In this document: positions 54,342 to 64,000 of the stretch, piece by piece
Position numbering within the stretch: position 1 is the first letter of the stretch
How the letters are laid out: each line of letters begins with the position of its first letter
Source: Anaerolineales bacterium
GTDB taxonomy: Bacteria; Chloroflexota; Anaerolineae; Anaerolineales; UBA11858
Direction: 5' to 3'
NCBI GenBank assembly: GCA_041686005.1
Contig: JAWLER010000001.1
Coordinates: forward strand, 95,756-159,755
DNA length: 64,000 bases
Made by a program: the position numbers and the translations under genes
Notes under the pieces: generated by a model
The model's database searches: none
Seen by the model: only the letters and a program-made list of their open reading frames with translations
Told to the model about the DNA's origin: nothing

Positions 54342-56981
54342 ATGCAGCTCGGATTGAAGCGTGCTATGGACATTATTCTCACGCATGAGCGAACGGATTT
54401 CGACGGATTGGCATCCCTTCTGGGCGCGTATTTGCTCGATGAAGACTTGACCCCCGTCCTCCCCCGCCAGTTGAACCGCAACGTTGAAGCATTTTTAAAC
54501 CTTTACGGCGTGGAGCTCCCCTTCATCGATCCACGGGACCTCTCCGGCGATCCCATTACGTCGGTGACCCTCGTCGACACCCAATCTTTGATCAGCGTGA
54601 AGGGCATGTCCTCCGAAACGGAGGTCCGTGTCATCGATCACCATTCGCTGCGGGAAGACATCCCTGAGGAATGGGATACGACCATAAAAGAAACCGGGGC
54701 GACCACGACGATTTTTGTGGAAGCCATCAAGGAGCGGGATCTGCAGCTGACGCCCATTCAAGCCACTCTGCTGTTACTGGGGATTTATGAAGATACCGGG
54801 TCTCTGACATACGCCAGGACCTCCGCCTCCGATATTTACGCTGCTGGATGCCTGGTAGAACAGGGCGCCAGTTTATCCATCGTCACGGATTATATTAACC
54901 ATCCTCTTTCTCTGGAACAGCAAAAAGTCTATGAGGATTTACGTGCCAACGCAGAGAGCAGGATCATCCATGGGCACAGCGTGATCATCGCTCAAGCTGA
55001 CGCCCGGGAATTGGATGCGGAGCTGTCGACCTTGGCTCATAAGCTGCGGGATTTGCTGGACCCCGATGCCATATTTCTGCTCCTGGAAACCAGCGCAGGG
55101 GTGCAGGTCATCGCCCGGTCGAACGATGACCATATCGATGTCTCTGCGGTGTTAGAGACCTTCGAAAGTGGGGGGGGTCATCCCCGGGCGGCAGCGGCGT
55201 TGATCAAGGAGGGGGATGTTGAGGAGATCTACGATCAGTTCCAGGAGGTCCTCCCTGAGGTGGTTGAACCGGCCATTACCGCCAAGCAGATCATGTCCCG
55301 CAACCCGCAGACCATCCCCCCTGACATGCCGGTTGAGAAAGCGGCGGAGATGATGGTCAAGTACGGCTACGAGGGGTTCCCGGTCGTGGAGGGAGGAGAG
55401 ATCGTGGGTTTGCTCACCCGACGGGCGGTGGACCGGGCCATGGCGCACGGGTTGAATTTGACGGTGTCCAGCTTGATGGAGGCGGGGAATGTGCGGGTCT
55501 TCCCCTCGGATTCCCTGGAACACATTCAAAACGTGATGACGGATACCGGTTGGGGACAGATCCCGGTCGTCACCTCACGTTCCAAGACCATCGTGGGGAT
55601 TGTCACTCGCACGGATTTGTTGAAAATCCTCGCCCCCAGCAAATCCACACCCGGGCGCCAGAATTTGGCAGCCCGTCTGGAGGCCAAGCTGCCTCCGGCG
55701 CGGTTGAAACTGCTCCAAAAAGTGGCTCAAATCGCCCACCAGCGCAAAGACGCCCTCTACATCGTGGGAGGCTTCGTACGGGATTTGCTCCTCGAATATC
55801 CCAGCCTTGATTTCGATTTGGTTGTGGAAGGGGATGCCATTTCCCTCTCAAATGCCATCCAGGAAGAATACGGCGGACGGGTCACCAGCCACAGCCGGTT
55901 TGGGACTGCCAAATGGTTTCTCGATCAGGATATGGGGGACAATCTGGGGCTTTCTCAGCAGGAGATGACCTCTCTTCCCGATGCATTGGATTTTATTTCC
56001 GCCCGGACGGAGTTCTATACTCACCCCACAGCGCTGCCGACCGTGGAGCGGGGGAGCATAAAACTCGATCTTCACCGCCGGGATTTCACCATCAACACCC
56101 TTGCCCTGCGGCTGGATGGGCGTCATTACGGCGAATTGTACGATTATTGGGGAGGGTTGAGCGATCTCAAGCAAGGGATCATCCGCGTGCTCCATTCGCT
56201 TTCTTTCGTCGATGACCCGACGCGCATTCTACGCGCGGTACGCTATGAACAGCGCTATGAGTTCGAGATAGAAGATCGAACACAGGAATTGCTATTGGAA
56301 GCGAAATCCTTGCTCAAACGCGTTTCCGGGGACCGCATTCGACACGAATTTGACCGCATCTTCGATGAAGAGAAGGCAGCCCAAATGATGGAACGCCTTC
56401 AAGAGCTGAGCATTTTGGAAGCCGTCCACCCTGATCTCCATTGGGATGAAGATCTCTATGCCTTGGTTGACTCCATCTTCGAAAAAGAACTCCCCGGCGA
56501 ATGGATGGTCGAGGGGGAACTATCGGGGGTGGAGTTGCATAGAGCGCTCATCTACACCATTTGGTTGATGCAGACCTCCGGACCCTCTCGGGTGGTCAAA
56601 CGTTTGAAATTGACCAGTGATATCTCCCAAATTATACAGGAGGCGGCGTCGCTGCATAAAACGCTGCCCTCTTTGATGGATAAATCGCACAGTGAAGTGG
56701 CAGCAGCCCTGGATCAAGTATCGAATGTGGCGATCTACGCCGTGTATCTCAGCCGGGAGAAACCGGAACAAAAGGGCCTCCTCTCCCGGTACCTTTCATC
56801 CTGGCAGCACGTTTCCCCCCATATTTCCGGCCAGGACCTCAAAGATCGCGGCTTGCCCCCCGGCCCGCGTTACAGCGAGATCCTGAAATCCCTACGGAGC
56901 GCCTGGATAGATGGAGAGATTTCAACAAAAGAAGAGGAGGAGGAATTGCTGGAGAGGATGCTGGCCGAAGAGGGGGAATGA
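54342..56981 (+). CDS. DHH/DHHA1 phosphoesterase - CBS pair - class II nucleotidyltransferase (CCA-adding / poly(A) polymerase) fusion protein
   Basis: N-terminal DFDG .. VIDHH .. GGGHPRAAAA, two CBS modules in the middle, and GGFVRDLLL..DFDLVVEGD with RRDFTIN in the C-terminal head domain. 879 aa. Confidence 0.85.
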   Translation: MQLGLKRAMDIILTHERTDFDGLASLLGAYLLDEDLTPVLPRQLNRNVEAFLNLYGVELPFIDPRDLSGDPITSVTLVDTQSLISVKGMSSETEVRVIDHHSLREDIPEEWDTTIKETGATTTIFVEAIKERDLQLTPIQATLLLLGIYEDTGSLTYARTSASDIYAAGCLVEQGASLSIVTDYINHPLSLEQQKVYEDLRANAESRIIHGHSVIIAQADARELDAELSTLAHKLRDLLDPDAIFLLLETSAGVQVIARSNDDHIDVSAVLETFESGGGHPRAAAALIKEGDVEEIYDQFQEVLPEVVEPAITAKQIMSRNPQTIPPDMPVEKAAEMMVKYGYEGFPVVEGGEIVGLLTRRAVDRAMAHGLNLTVSSLMEAGNVRVFPSDSLEHIQNVMTDTGWGQIPVVTSRSKTIVGIVTRTDLLKILAPSKSTPGRQNLAARLEAKLPPARLKLLQKVAQIAHQRKDALYIVGGFVRDLLLEYPSLDFDLVVEGDAISLSNAIQEEYGGRVTSHSRFGTAKWFLDQDMGDNLGLSQQEMTSLPDALDFISARTEFYTHPTALPTVERGSIKLDLHRRDFTINTLALRLDGRHYGELYDYWGGLSDLKQGIIRVLHSLSFVDDPTRILRAVRYEQRYEFEIEDRTQELLLEAKSLLKRVSGDRIRHEFDRIFDEEKAAQMMERLQELSILEAVHPDLHWDEDLYALVDSIFEKELPGEWMVEGELSGVELHRALIYTIWLMQTSGPSRVVKRLKLTSDISQIIQEAASLHKTLPSLMDKSHSEVAAALDQVSNVAIYAVYLSREKPEQKGLLSRYLSSWQHVSPHISGQDLKDRGLPPGPRYSEILKSLRSAWIDGEISTKEEEEELLERMLAEEGE

Positions 56982-57117
56982 GGGCGGGGTGCTTTTCTAT
57001 CCCGCTGCCCGGGCAGGACAATTGAACATTTTCCCAGCTTGATGCGTTCAAAGGGGAAAGTGGTATTCTTGCAAGGATATGAAAAGCAATCCGTAAGTCA
57101 TTGGGATTGCAGCTGCC

Positions 57118-57146
57118 TTGCCATTGGTTTATTTTCATGATAGAAT
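57118..57146 (+). promoter_or_regulatory. sigma70-type promoter TTGCCA-17-(TGa)TAGAAT upstream of nusA
   Basis: TTGCCA at 57118-57123; an extended -10 with TG at 57138-57139 and TAGAAT at 57141-57146. Confidence 0.6.
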
Positions 57147-57183
57147 TTGGTGGCAGAGGGAGGTAGCAATACTGGCGGCGATG

Positions 57184-57209
57184 AAAAGTGGGTCAACCCC
57201 ACTTTTTTT
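57184..57209 (+). terminator. weak intrinsic terminator / attenuator in the nusA leader
   Basis: AAAAGTGGG-tcaac-CCCACTTTT followed by T7 in total (57203-57209). It lies between the promoter and the nusA start at 57265. Confidence 0.55.
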
Positions 57210-57264
57210 AATGCTGGGATATGTTGTCAACCTCCATCCTCAGGGAATGATTGGAGTTGGTGCA

Positions 57265-59289
57265 ATGAAAAACGAATTTACATTGGCTTTCAAACAAGTT
57301 ATCAGCGATCGGAATTTGCCGGAAGAGATCATCCTGGATGCTTTGAAGGATGCGATGGTCTCCGCTTACCGACGATCCGTGAACGCCTCCAGCGCGCAGA
57401 AGGTGGAAGCGGAGATAGACCTCGAAACGGGGGATGTGACCATCTTTGCGGAGAAGGAGGTCGTGGAAGGCGTTCAGGACGAACGCACCGAGGTGGAATT
57501 GTCTGAAGCCCAAGAGGTCAAAGAAGACGCTGAACCGGGGGATTTGGTGATGGTAGAAAGCACGCCCACCGACTTCGGCCGGGTCGCTGCCCAAACCGCA
57601 CGACAGGTGATTCAACAGCGGATCCGGCAGGCGGAGCGCGAGGCGCAATTTGAGTATTACAGCGAACGGGTGGGGGAGATCGTCACCGGCGTCGTGCAGG
57701 CCATCCACAGAAGCGAGCTCACCATTGGGTTGAACATCAACGCGGAAGGGATCATGCCCCGCAGCCAGCAAATCCCCAAGGAATATTTCCGGGTTCACGA
57801 CCGCATCCGGGCTTTACTGCTGGATGTGGAGGAGACGACCCGCGAACCCAAGATCATCCTCTCTCGAGCCCATCGAGACTTTTTGCGCCGGCTGCTGGAA
57901 AACGAGGTCCCCGAGATCTATCAGGGTCTTGTGGAAATTCGTTCCATCGCCCGGGAGGCGGGCCACCGCTCCAAAGTGGCGGTGGCGGCGCTGAAACCTG
58001 GGGTGGACCCTGTAGGCGCATGCGTCGGCGTGCGCGGCGTCCGCATTCAGGCCATCGTCCGCGAGTTAAGCGATGAGAAGATCGATGTCATCGAGTGGAA
58101 TCCAAATACGGAAGAATACATCGCCAAAGCCCTCAGCCCCGCCCGGGTGTTGAGCGTCTTTTTGAATAAAGACACGGACGGGATGCCGACCGCTACCGTG
58201 GTGGTCCCGGAAGACCAGTTGAGCCTGGCTATCGGCCGGAGCGGTCAAAACGCGCGCTTGGCAGCGAAATTGACAGGCTGGCGGATCGATATCAAAGGGC
58301 TCTTTGAGGTCGCATCCGAAACCTTGTTTAACCTGCAGAACAACCCACAATACGCTTTGTTCGCGGAGCAGGAAGCGGATGCCATCTCGGAGATTGAAGC
58401 GATCATGACGAAAAAGGCAGAAGGCAGGCCTATTCAACCCGAGGAATACCGGGATCTGCATGATTTTACAGAGCGGGTGGAGAAGGGGCTCACCGAGCGG
58501 CGCGAAAAGATCAAGCAGTTGATCAAAGAACGTATGGAAGCCGTAGAAGAAGCGGTGCCCGAAGACGCGTACGATCTGCCCTTGATGACTTTGGGTTTGC
58601 CCACCCGGGTGGAGAATATATTACTGGATGAGGGATTTGAGAACGTCGGTGCTCTGGCCTATCAGCTGCTCTTAGAACCGGAATCCATCGCCAATATCGA
58701 GGGTATTGGTCCGACCTATATTCAACAGATCAAGGACGCCTTAGAGGTCATGGTAGGGTATGAACCTCTTCCTGAAGAGCTGCAAATTGATCAAGAAGAG
58801 CTCCTTCAAGAGGACATCGACCTTGAAGAGGTGGAGAAGGAGATCGTTGGGGAGCCGGAGGAAGAGGTTCCGAGTGAAGAGGGTGAAGAACCAGCCCCGG
58901 AAACCGAGGAAGAGATCGTTGAAGAAGAGGTGGAGAAAGAACCCGAGAAGGTCTCAGAAGGAGAGGAGGCCCTCGAAGTACCCATCCCTGAGGATGCCTA
59001 TGATTTACCTTTGATGACTCTGGGTTTGCCTGCAGAGGTGGAGACGTTGTTGACGGAGGAAGGCTATGAGAATGTCGGTGTTCTCGCCCATCAAGTATAT
59101 TCCAGTCCGGACTCCTTGTCGGACATTGAGGGGTTAGGACCTGACCAGGTCGAGATAATCAAGGAATCCGTCAATGTCATGGTAGATTATGAACCTCTCC
59201 CGGCGGCTGAAGAAGGGGTGGACCCATCAGCTGAAGGGGAGGAGGAGATCGAGAAGGAAGAACTGGAGTTTCAGGAGGGGGATGAGTGA
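57265..59289 (+). CDS. nusA: transcription termination/antitermination factor NusA with duplicated C-terminal HhH (AR-like) repeats
   Basis: [38 protein letters not shown]-terminus, an S1 domain, KH domains ([25 protein letters not shown]), and two copies of [17 protein letters not shown][IL]GP. I prefer ATG 57265 (GGAG upstream) over the track start 57118. Confidence 0.93.
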   Translation: MKNEFTLAFKQVISDRNLPEEIILDALKDAMVSAYRRSVNASSAQKVEAEIDLETGDVTIFAEKEVVEGVQDERTEVELSEAQEVKEDAEPGDLVMVESTPTDFGRVAAQTARQVIQQRIRQAEREAQFEYYSERVGEIVTGVVQAIHRSELTIGLNINAEGIMPRSQQIPKEYFRVHDRIRALLLDVEETTREPKIILSRAHRDFLRRLLENEVPEIYQGLVEIRSIAREAGHRSKVAVAALKPGVDPVGACVGVRGVRIQAIVRELSDEKIDVIEWNPNTEEYIAKALSPARVLSVFLNKDTDGMPTATVVVPEDQLSLAIGRSGQNARLAAKLTGWRIDIKGLFEVASETLFNLQNNPQYALFAEQEADAISEIEAIMTKKAEGRPIQPEEYRDLHDFTERVEKGLTERREKIKQLIKERMEAVEEAVPEDAYDLPLMTLGLPTRVENILLDEGFENVGALAYQLLLEPESIANIEGIGPTYIQQIKDALEVMVGYEPLPEELQIDQEELLQEDIDLEEVEKEIVGEPEEEVPSEEGEEPAPETEEEIVEEEVEKEPEKVSEGEEALEVPIPEDAYDLPLMTLGLPAEVETLLTEEGYENVGVLAHQVYSSPDSLSDIEGLGPDQVEIIKESVNVMVDYEPLPAAEEGVDPSAEGEEEIEKEELEFQEGDE

Positions 59290-59383
59290 CGGAGATCCGT
59301 CTTATTGAGGAGGGGACGGCCTGAAGTTGCACTGGTCGAAGACCCTCCCAGCGGTCTTCTAGATATGAGGGGCTGGATGAAGG

Positions 59384-59668
59384 ATGATGGGAAGACGCAA
59401 GCATAAACCACAACGGACCTGTGTCGGCTGTGGTCAAGTCGAAGATAAGAAGGCCTTGGTCCGTGTCGTCCGCACGCCGGAAGGCGTATATGTGGACCCC
59501 ACAGGAAAACGACCAGGCCGGGGAGCGTATCTTCACCCTCGCCCGGGATGCTGGCAGGCTGGTTTGGACTCCTCCCTGGGTCACGCCTTGCGGACCTCAT
59601 TGACGGAGGAAGATAAGCAACGGCTGAAGGAAACGCTTTCCACTATAGAAGAAGGTGACCAGGGTTAA
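59384..59668 (+). CDS. ylxR: YlxR/RnpM (DUF448) RNA-binding protein
   Basis: RTCVGCGQVEDKKALVRVV .. DPTGKRPGRGAYLH, in the canonical position between nusA and infB. Confidence 0.85.
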   Translation: MMGRRKHKPQRTCVGCGQVEDKKALVRVVRTPEGVYVDPTGKRPGRGAYLHPRPGCWQAGLDSSLGHALRTSLTEEDKQRLKETLSTIEEGDQG

Positions 59669-59724
59669 GCGCGGGGATCATGTTACGGGTTTGAAAAAGG
59701 GGAGAGAGGATAACGAGGTTATTT

Positions 59725-61530
59725 ATGGCAGAGAACGAACAAGACACAAAACAGATTGAACTGCCCATTAGCATTACGGTGAGAGATTTGGCTCAACGAC
59801 TTGAGGTAAGTCCGATCGATGTCATTAAGACGTTGATGGCGAACGGGATGATGGCCAACATCAATCAAGAGATTGATTATGATACGGCGGCTATCGTTTC
59901 GACAGAGATGGGTTATGAGCCAGCCCCAGAACAGGTCGAAGAAGAACCCGAGGTGAAGGTCGGGCAAATCCCCCTCTGGCGGAGAAAGCTGGCTGAGGAG
60001 GAGGAAGAAAATCTCGAACCTCGGGCGCCGGTCGTCACCATGCTGGGTCATGTGGACCACGGCAAGACCACATTGCTGGATGCCATCCGCCATACCTCCG
60101 TGGCGGCTGGAGAGGCGGGGGGTATCACACAGCATATCGGCGCCTATCAGGTGGAACACAATCAAAAGCCCATCACCTTTTTGGACACGCCTGGACACGC
60201 CGCGTTCACGTCCATGCGCGCTCGTGGCGCGCAGGGGGCGGACATTGTGATCCTGGTTGTGGCTGCTGACGACGGCGTCATGCCGCAAACGGAAGAGGCG
60301 ATCGCCCATGCTAAAGCTGCTCAAGTGCCTATGATCGTCGCCCTTAACAAGATGGATAAGGAAAACGCCGCCCCTGAACAGGTCAAGCAGGAATTAGCGG
60401 ACGCCGGTTTGGTGCCGGATGAGTGGGATGGGGATACCATTGTGGTCCCTATCTCCGCCACGGAACGAGAAGGGCTAGAAGATTTGCTGGAAGCTATTCT
60501 CCTGGTCGCAGGGGACATGGATATCCACGCCAATCCGGAAGGGGAGGTCTTTGGTACGGTCGTGGAAGGGGAGCTGACCCGGAGACGGGGCCCCATGGCC
60601 ACGCTGTTGGTGCAAAACGGCACCCTCAGGGTGGGGGATACCGTGATTGCCAACACCGCTTACGGGCGGATCAAAGCCATGTTCGATTTCCGTGGGCAAA
60701 CCATTGAAGAGGCAGGTCCCTCTGTGCCCGTCTCTGTGATGGGGATGAACGAAGTGCCCGTTGCGGGGGACTTATTCCAGATCGTGGGAAGTGAGAAAGA
60801 AGCCAGAGAGATCGCAGAGGAACGCAGACTGAGTCAGGAAAAGAGAGAGGCGGAGGAAGTCAGTGGCGCCAGTCTGGAACAATTGTTTGAACGGGTGCAG
60901 GCAGGGGAGGAAGAGGAGCTTCGCCTGATCGTCAAAGCGGATGTCCAGGGGTCGTTGGAACCGATTGTCTCATCCTTGCAGGATCTGAAGAGCGCAGGCG
61001 AACAAGAAATCGGTGTCAACATCATCCACACCGGCACGGGTCAGATCGGAGAAAATGATGTCATGCTGGCGGCGGCTTCTAATGCCATTGTGATTGGTTT
61101 CAATGTCAGTCCGGATAACGCAGCCAAACGATTGGCGGAAGTGGAAGGCGTCTCCATACGGGAATATAACATCATCTACCACCTCATCGAAGATATTGAA
61201 AAAGCGTTGCATGGCATGCTCGAACCCGTGGAAAAGAAGATCCTGATCGGCAGGGCGGAGGTATTGGCGGTTTTCCCGTCCGGTCGATTTGACCAAGTCG
61301 CCGGTTGCCGGGTGCAAAAAGGGTCCATCAAGCGCAATGCGAAAATCCGCGTTTTGCGGGATGATAAGATGGCATACGAAGGGGAAATTTCCTCCCTCAA
61401 GCGCCATCAAGATGATGTCAATGAAGTCAGGGAGGGATATGAGTGCGGGATCGGATTGCGGGGCTTCTCTGACTTTCAGGAGGGCGATATCCTGGAATGC
61501 TTTATTATCGAAATGGTTACGGAGTATTAG
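59725..61530 (+). CDS. infB: translation initiation factor IF-2 (short form, 601 aa)
   Basis: [17 protein letters not shown] and NKMD G-domain motifs, with the typical C-terminal domains. Confidence 0.95.
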   Translation: MAENEQDTKQIELPISITVRDLAQRLEVSPIDVIKTLMANGMMANINQEIDYDTAAIVSTEMGYEPAPEQVEEEPEVKVGQIPLWRRKLAEEEEENLEPRAPVVTMLGHVDHGKTTLLDAIRHTSVAAGEAGGITQHIGAYQVEHNQKPITFLDTPGHAAFTSMRARGAQGADIVILVVAADDGVMPQTEEAIAHAKAAQVPMIVALNKMDKENAAPEQVKQELADAGLVPDEWDGDTIVVPISATEREGLEDLLEAILLVAGDMDIHANPEGEVFGTVVEGELTRRRGPMATLLVQNGTLRVGDTVIANTAYGRIKAMFDFRGQTIEEAGPSVPVSVMGMNEVPVAGDLFQIVGSEKEAREIAEERRLSQEKREAEEVSGASLEQLFERVQAGEEEELRLIVKADVQGSLEPIVSSLQDLKSAGEQEIGVNIIHTGTGQIGENDVMLAAASNAIVIGFNVSPDNAAKRLAEVEGVSIREYNIIYHLIEDIEKALHGMLEPVEKKILIGRAEVLAVFPSGRFDQVAGCRVQKGSIKRNAKIRVLRDDKMAYEGEISSLKRHQDDVNEVREGYECGIGLRGFSDFQEGDILECFIIEMVTEY

Positions 61531-61542
61531 AGGTCGTTGGGT

Positions 61543-61923
61543 ATGGTATCAGAATCTAGATCTGTCCGGATTGCTGATCGAATAAAAAGGGAACTCTCCC
61601 TTCTTTTCCTCCACGAGATCGAAGACCCTCGCTTAGAGGGTGTATCGGTGACCTATGTGAAGGTGGATCGGGAATTGTCTTTTGCGGATGTTTACGTCTC
61701 CGCGTTTGAGGGGAAGGAAAGGGCGGATGAGGTCTTAGCTGCCCTGGAGCACGCCAAAGGGTACCTTCGTTCGGCACTCGCCCATTCCATTTCACATTTG
61801 CGGACCTTCCCTCAACTTCGGTTTCATTGGGATATCGTGCCTGAGCGAGCAGACCGCATCGATCGGCTGATCGCTGAACTTGATGAAGAGGAAGCGGGTG
61901 AAGAGAATGCCTCCGAAGACTAA
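61543..61923 (+). CDS. rbfA: ribosome-binding factor A
   Basis: SRSVRIADRIKRELSLLF .. VTYVKVDRELSFADVYVS .. PQLRFHWD. I prefer ATG 61543 over TTG 61537. Confidence 0.9.
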   Translation: MVSESRSVRIADRIKRELSLLFLHEIEDPRLEGVSVTYVKVDRELSFADVYVSAFEGKERADEVLAALEHAKGYLRSALAHSISHLRTFPQLRFHWDIVPERADRIDRLIAELDEEEAGEENASED

Positions 61924-62875
61924 TAGCAGGTATGACGAATTCGGAGCGAAGATCCATGATGCAGACCGCATCCTCGTCGTTTCCCATATCCGTCCTGACG
62001 GCGACGCGGTCGGTTCATTGATCGGACTGGGGCTTGTCTTGGAGGAGATGGGGAAAAAGGTCAATACGGTGCTGGAAGACGGGGTCCCCCTCACCTTCCA
62101 CTTTTTGTATGGCCACGATCAAGTCTATCAGGACGCCGCTGGTGTTTATGATTTGGTGATCGTCGTCGACTGCTCTGACATCAGCCGGGTGGGATCCGTG
62201 CTGGATGAGGTCAATCAGCCGGATATCAATATCGACCATCACCCCACCAACACCCACTTCGCACCGTTAAATATCGTCCAAACCGACGCGGTGGCGACCG
62301 CGGAGATCATTTATGAGCTTATCCAGTACCTTTCCCTGCCCATGAACAAAACCATTGCGGAGGCGTTGTTGATGGGGATCATCACGGATAGTTTAGGCTT
62401 TCGGACCTCGAATACCAGCTCGAAGGCATTGCGAGTGGCGGCAGACCTCCAAGAACGGGGAGCGGATATTTCGATGCTCCACCACAAAGCGCTTTTGGAG
62501 CGTTCATATGAGGCGGTAAAATACTGGGGAGCGGGTTTGACCACTGCGCAGAAGGAGGGACGCCTGGTGTGGGCGACATTGTCTTTGGAAGACCGGGAGC
62601 GGGTGGGATATCCCGGGCGTGACGATGCCGATCTGGTAAACATCCTTTCCACAGTGCAGGACACAGATGTATGCCTTATCTTTGTGGAGCAGAGGGGAGG
62701 CACGGTCAAAGTCAGTTGGCGGGCCCGGCCGGGGTTTGATGTTTCTGAAGTGGCTTTGCAATTTGGTGGGGGAGGACATAAGCCGGCTGCAGGTGCGGAA
62801 ATCCCCGGGGAGTTGGAGAATGTCAAGCGGGACGTGATACAAGCGACGAAACACATGTTGGGGGAAGAAGAGTAG
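61907..62875 (+). CDS. nrnA: DHH-family bifunctional oligoribonuclease / pAp phosphatase NrnA
   Basis: SHIRPDGDAVGS, DHH as NIDHHPTN, and GGGHKPAAG. I prefer ATG 61907; it overlaps the rbfA end by 17 nt. Confidence 0.85.
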   Translation: MPPKTNSRYDEFGAKIHDADRILVVSHIRPDGDAVGSLIGLGLVLEEMGKKVNTVLEDGVPLTFHFLYGHDQVYQDAAGVYDLVIVVDCSDISRVGSVLDEVNQPDINIDHHPTNTHFAPLNIVQTDAVATAEIIYELIQYLSLPMNKTIAEALLMGIITDSLGFRTSNTSSKALRVAADLQERGADISMLHHKALLERSYEAVKYWGAGLTTAQKEGRLVWATLSLEDRERVGYPGRDDADLVNILSTVQDTDVCLIFVEQRGGTVKVSWRARPGFDVSEVALQFGGGGHKPAAGAEIPGELENVKRDVIQATKHMLGEEE

Positions 62876-62914
62876 AGAACGCATTTCAAATGTCAAGATT
62901 GGGGAGATTGAGCT

Positions 62915-63829
62915 ATGTCGAATGATCAAGGGTTGAAGGATTTTGTCTCGGGTGCGCTGGTCGTGGATAAACCGGTCGGCGTGACCTCGCATGACGTGGT
63001 CAAAGTCATCCGCAAAGGGACGGATATCCGCCGGGTGGGGCATACGGGCACCTTGGACCCCAGAGCTTCGGGGGTCTTGGTGGTCCTGATTGGGCCCGCA
63101 GTCCGCCTCAGCGAGTATCTCTCCGCTTCCGATAAGCGGTACCAGGCGATCATCAAATTCGGAATTGCCACAGATACGTATGATACGGAGGGGAAGCAGG
63201 TGGGGGAAACCAAATCCGTTGACCACATTACCGAACAGGATATTCACCAGCTTTTACGCGATTATGAAGGTAAGATCCAGCAGTATCCCCCTTCACATTC
63301 CGCCGCCAAAGTGGACGGTGAAAAGGCGTATGAAAAAGCGCGCCGGGGGGAAGAGGTGGAGTTGGAACCCCGGGAGATCGATGTCTATAATTTAGAGCTC
63401 CTGGAGTGGGCGCCGCCGGAGGCGGTTATCGATGTCTACGCCTCTTCCGGCACATATGTCCGCTCTTTGGCGAATGATCTGGGGAACGATTTGGGGGTAG
63501 GGGCCCATTTGACGGGACTCCGGCGGACGAAGAACGGGCAGTTCACCTTGCGGGATGCGGTCCGGCTCAGCGAGCTTAAAGACGCCTTCGTCGCTGGTGA
63601 TTGGTACAAATACCTTATCCCCGCCGCCGAAACCCTCTCGGATTGGCATACCGTGGTTTTAGATGAGGATGAGTTGGAGAGGATTAAACACGGCCAACGT
63701 ATTCCGGCTGAAGCGGGGGATTCTGGGATGGCGCGGGCGTTGAGCCAACAGGGGGATTTGATCGCCCTCCTGGAAGCGATCGAAGAGGACCAGGAGTGGC
63801 AGCCCCGGAAAGTGTTCCTGACCACCTGA
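62915..63829 (+). CDS. truB: tRNA pseudouridine(55) synthase TruB
   Basis: VDKPVGVTSHDVV .. VGHTGTLDPRASGVL motif with the catalytic Asp. Confidence 0.93.
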   Translation: MSNDQGLKDFVSGALVVDKPVGVTSHDVVKVIRKGTDIRRVGHTGTLDPRASGVLVVLIGPAVRLSEYLSASDKRYQAIIKFGIATDTYDTEGKQVGETKSVDHITEQDIHQLLRDYEGKIQQYPPSHSAAKVDGEKAYEKARRGEEVELEPREIDVYNLELLEWAPPEAVIDVYASSGTYVRSLANDLGNDLGVGAHLTGLRRTKNGQFTLRDAVRLSELKDAFVAGDWYKYLIPAAETLSDWHTVVLDEDELERIKHGQRIPAEAGDSGMARALSQQGDLIALLEAIEEDQEWQPRKVFLTT

Positions 63830-63848
63830 GGGAGACGGCAAAACAACG

Positions 63849-64000
63849 ATGCAGCGTTACGATTCCTTGCAAGCAGCCCATCTCGATCGCTCCTGGGTGA
63901 CCGTCGGCACTTTTGACGGCGTGCACCTCGGGCACCAGAAAATCATCCGTGGGCTTGTGGATCATGCCCATCAAAATGACCGCCAGGCGGTGGTCGTCAC
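63849..64000 (+). CDS. ribF: riboflavin kinase / FAD synthetase, 5' fragment running off the right edge
   Basis: My translation from ATG 63849 gives MQRYDSLQAAHLDRSWVTVGTFDGVHLGHQKIIRGLV, with the G.FDG.H.GH nucleotidyltransferase motif. It is absent from the ORF track because no stop lies in the window. Confidence 0.8.
   Translation, partial: MQRYDSLQAAHLDRSWVTVGTFDGVHLGHQKIIRGLVDHAHQNDRQAVVV

Noticed and set aside
57118-57264. 49-codon in-frame extension upstream of nusA
   Set aside because: The NusA N-terminal domain begins at [12 protein letters not shown] with a GGAG RBS. The extension overlaps a promoter and a U-tract hairpin, so I treated it as leader RNA.

Overview
Chromosomal window from a moderately GC-rich bacterium. 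The gene content (DHH-CBS-CCA fusion, short IF-2, nusA operon without rimP, many lipobox proteins) is compatible with a Chloroflexota-like lineage, but taxonomy cannot be established from the sequence alone. I support about 55 protein genes, one tRNA-Asp(GUC), one TPP riboswitch, several intrinsic terminators and three sigma70-like promoters. I saw no CRISPR array, rRNA or obvious mobile element. Housekeeping blocks are gyrB, folP, htpG, surE and nusA-ylxR-infB-rbfA-nrnA-truB-ribF. Candidates worth a second look, ranked: (1) At 9.2-27.6 kb, a GntR-linked nucleobase-catabolism island. It holds two purine-type deaminases, an autoregulatory GntR gene behind twin palindromic operators, two divergent carbamoyltransferases plus carbamate kinase, a BMP-type ABC importer, two PLP fold-type II enzymes and a hydantoinase/dihydropyrimidinase. 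I read it as an ATP-yielding ureido-compound phosphorolysis route, related to but distinct from the E. coli ygeW/yqeA/hyuA/ssnA-type locus. (2) At 38.0-46.2 kb, a 2032-aa thioester-bearing (CSEQ) alpha-2-macroglobulin with no pbpC partner. It is followed by a lipoprotein with an NBR1/FW-like domain and three Cys-bracketed repeats of unrecognised family. (3) A translationally coupled MazG-like / LOG-like / all-alpha triad, with a DNPH1-like N-glycosidase elsewhere in the window. (4) An MTA/SAH-deaminase-like amidohydrolase fused to a CYTH domain with a degenerate EXEXK motif. (5) Regulatory RNA features: a TPP riboswitch with an explicit terminator/antiterminator on a thiN-thiB-thiP operon lacking an ATPase gene, and a weak leader terminator upstream of nusA. 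All functional calls rest on by-eye motif recognition; no database search or computation was run.
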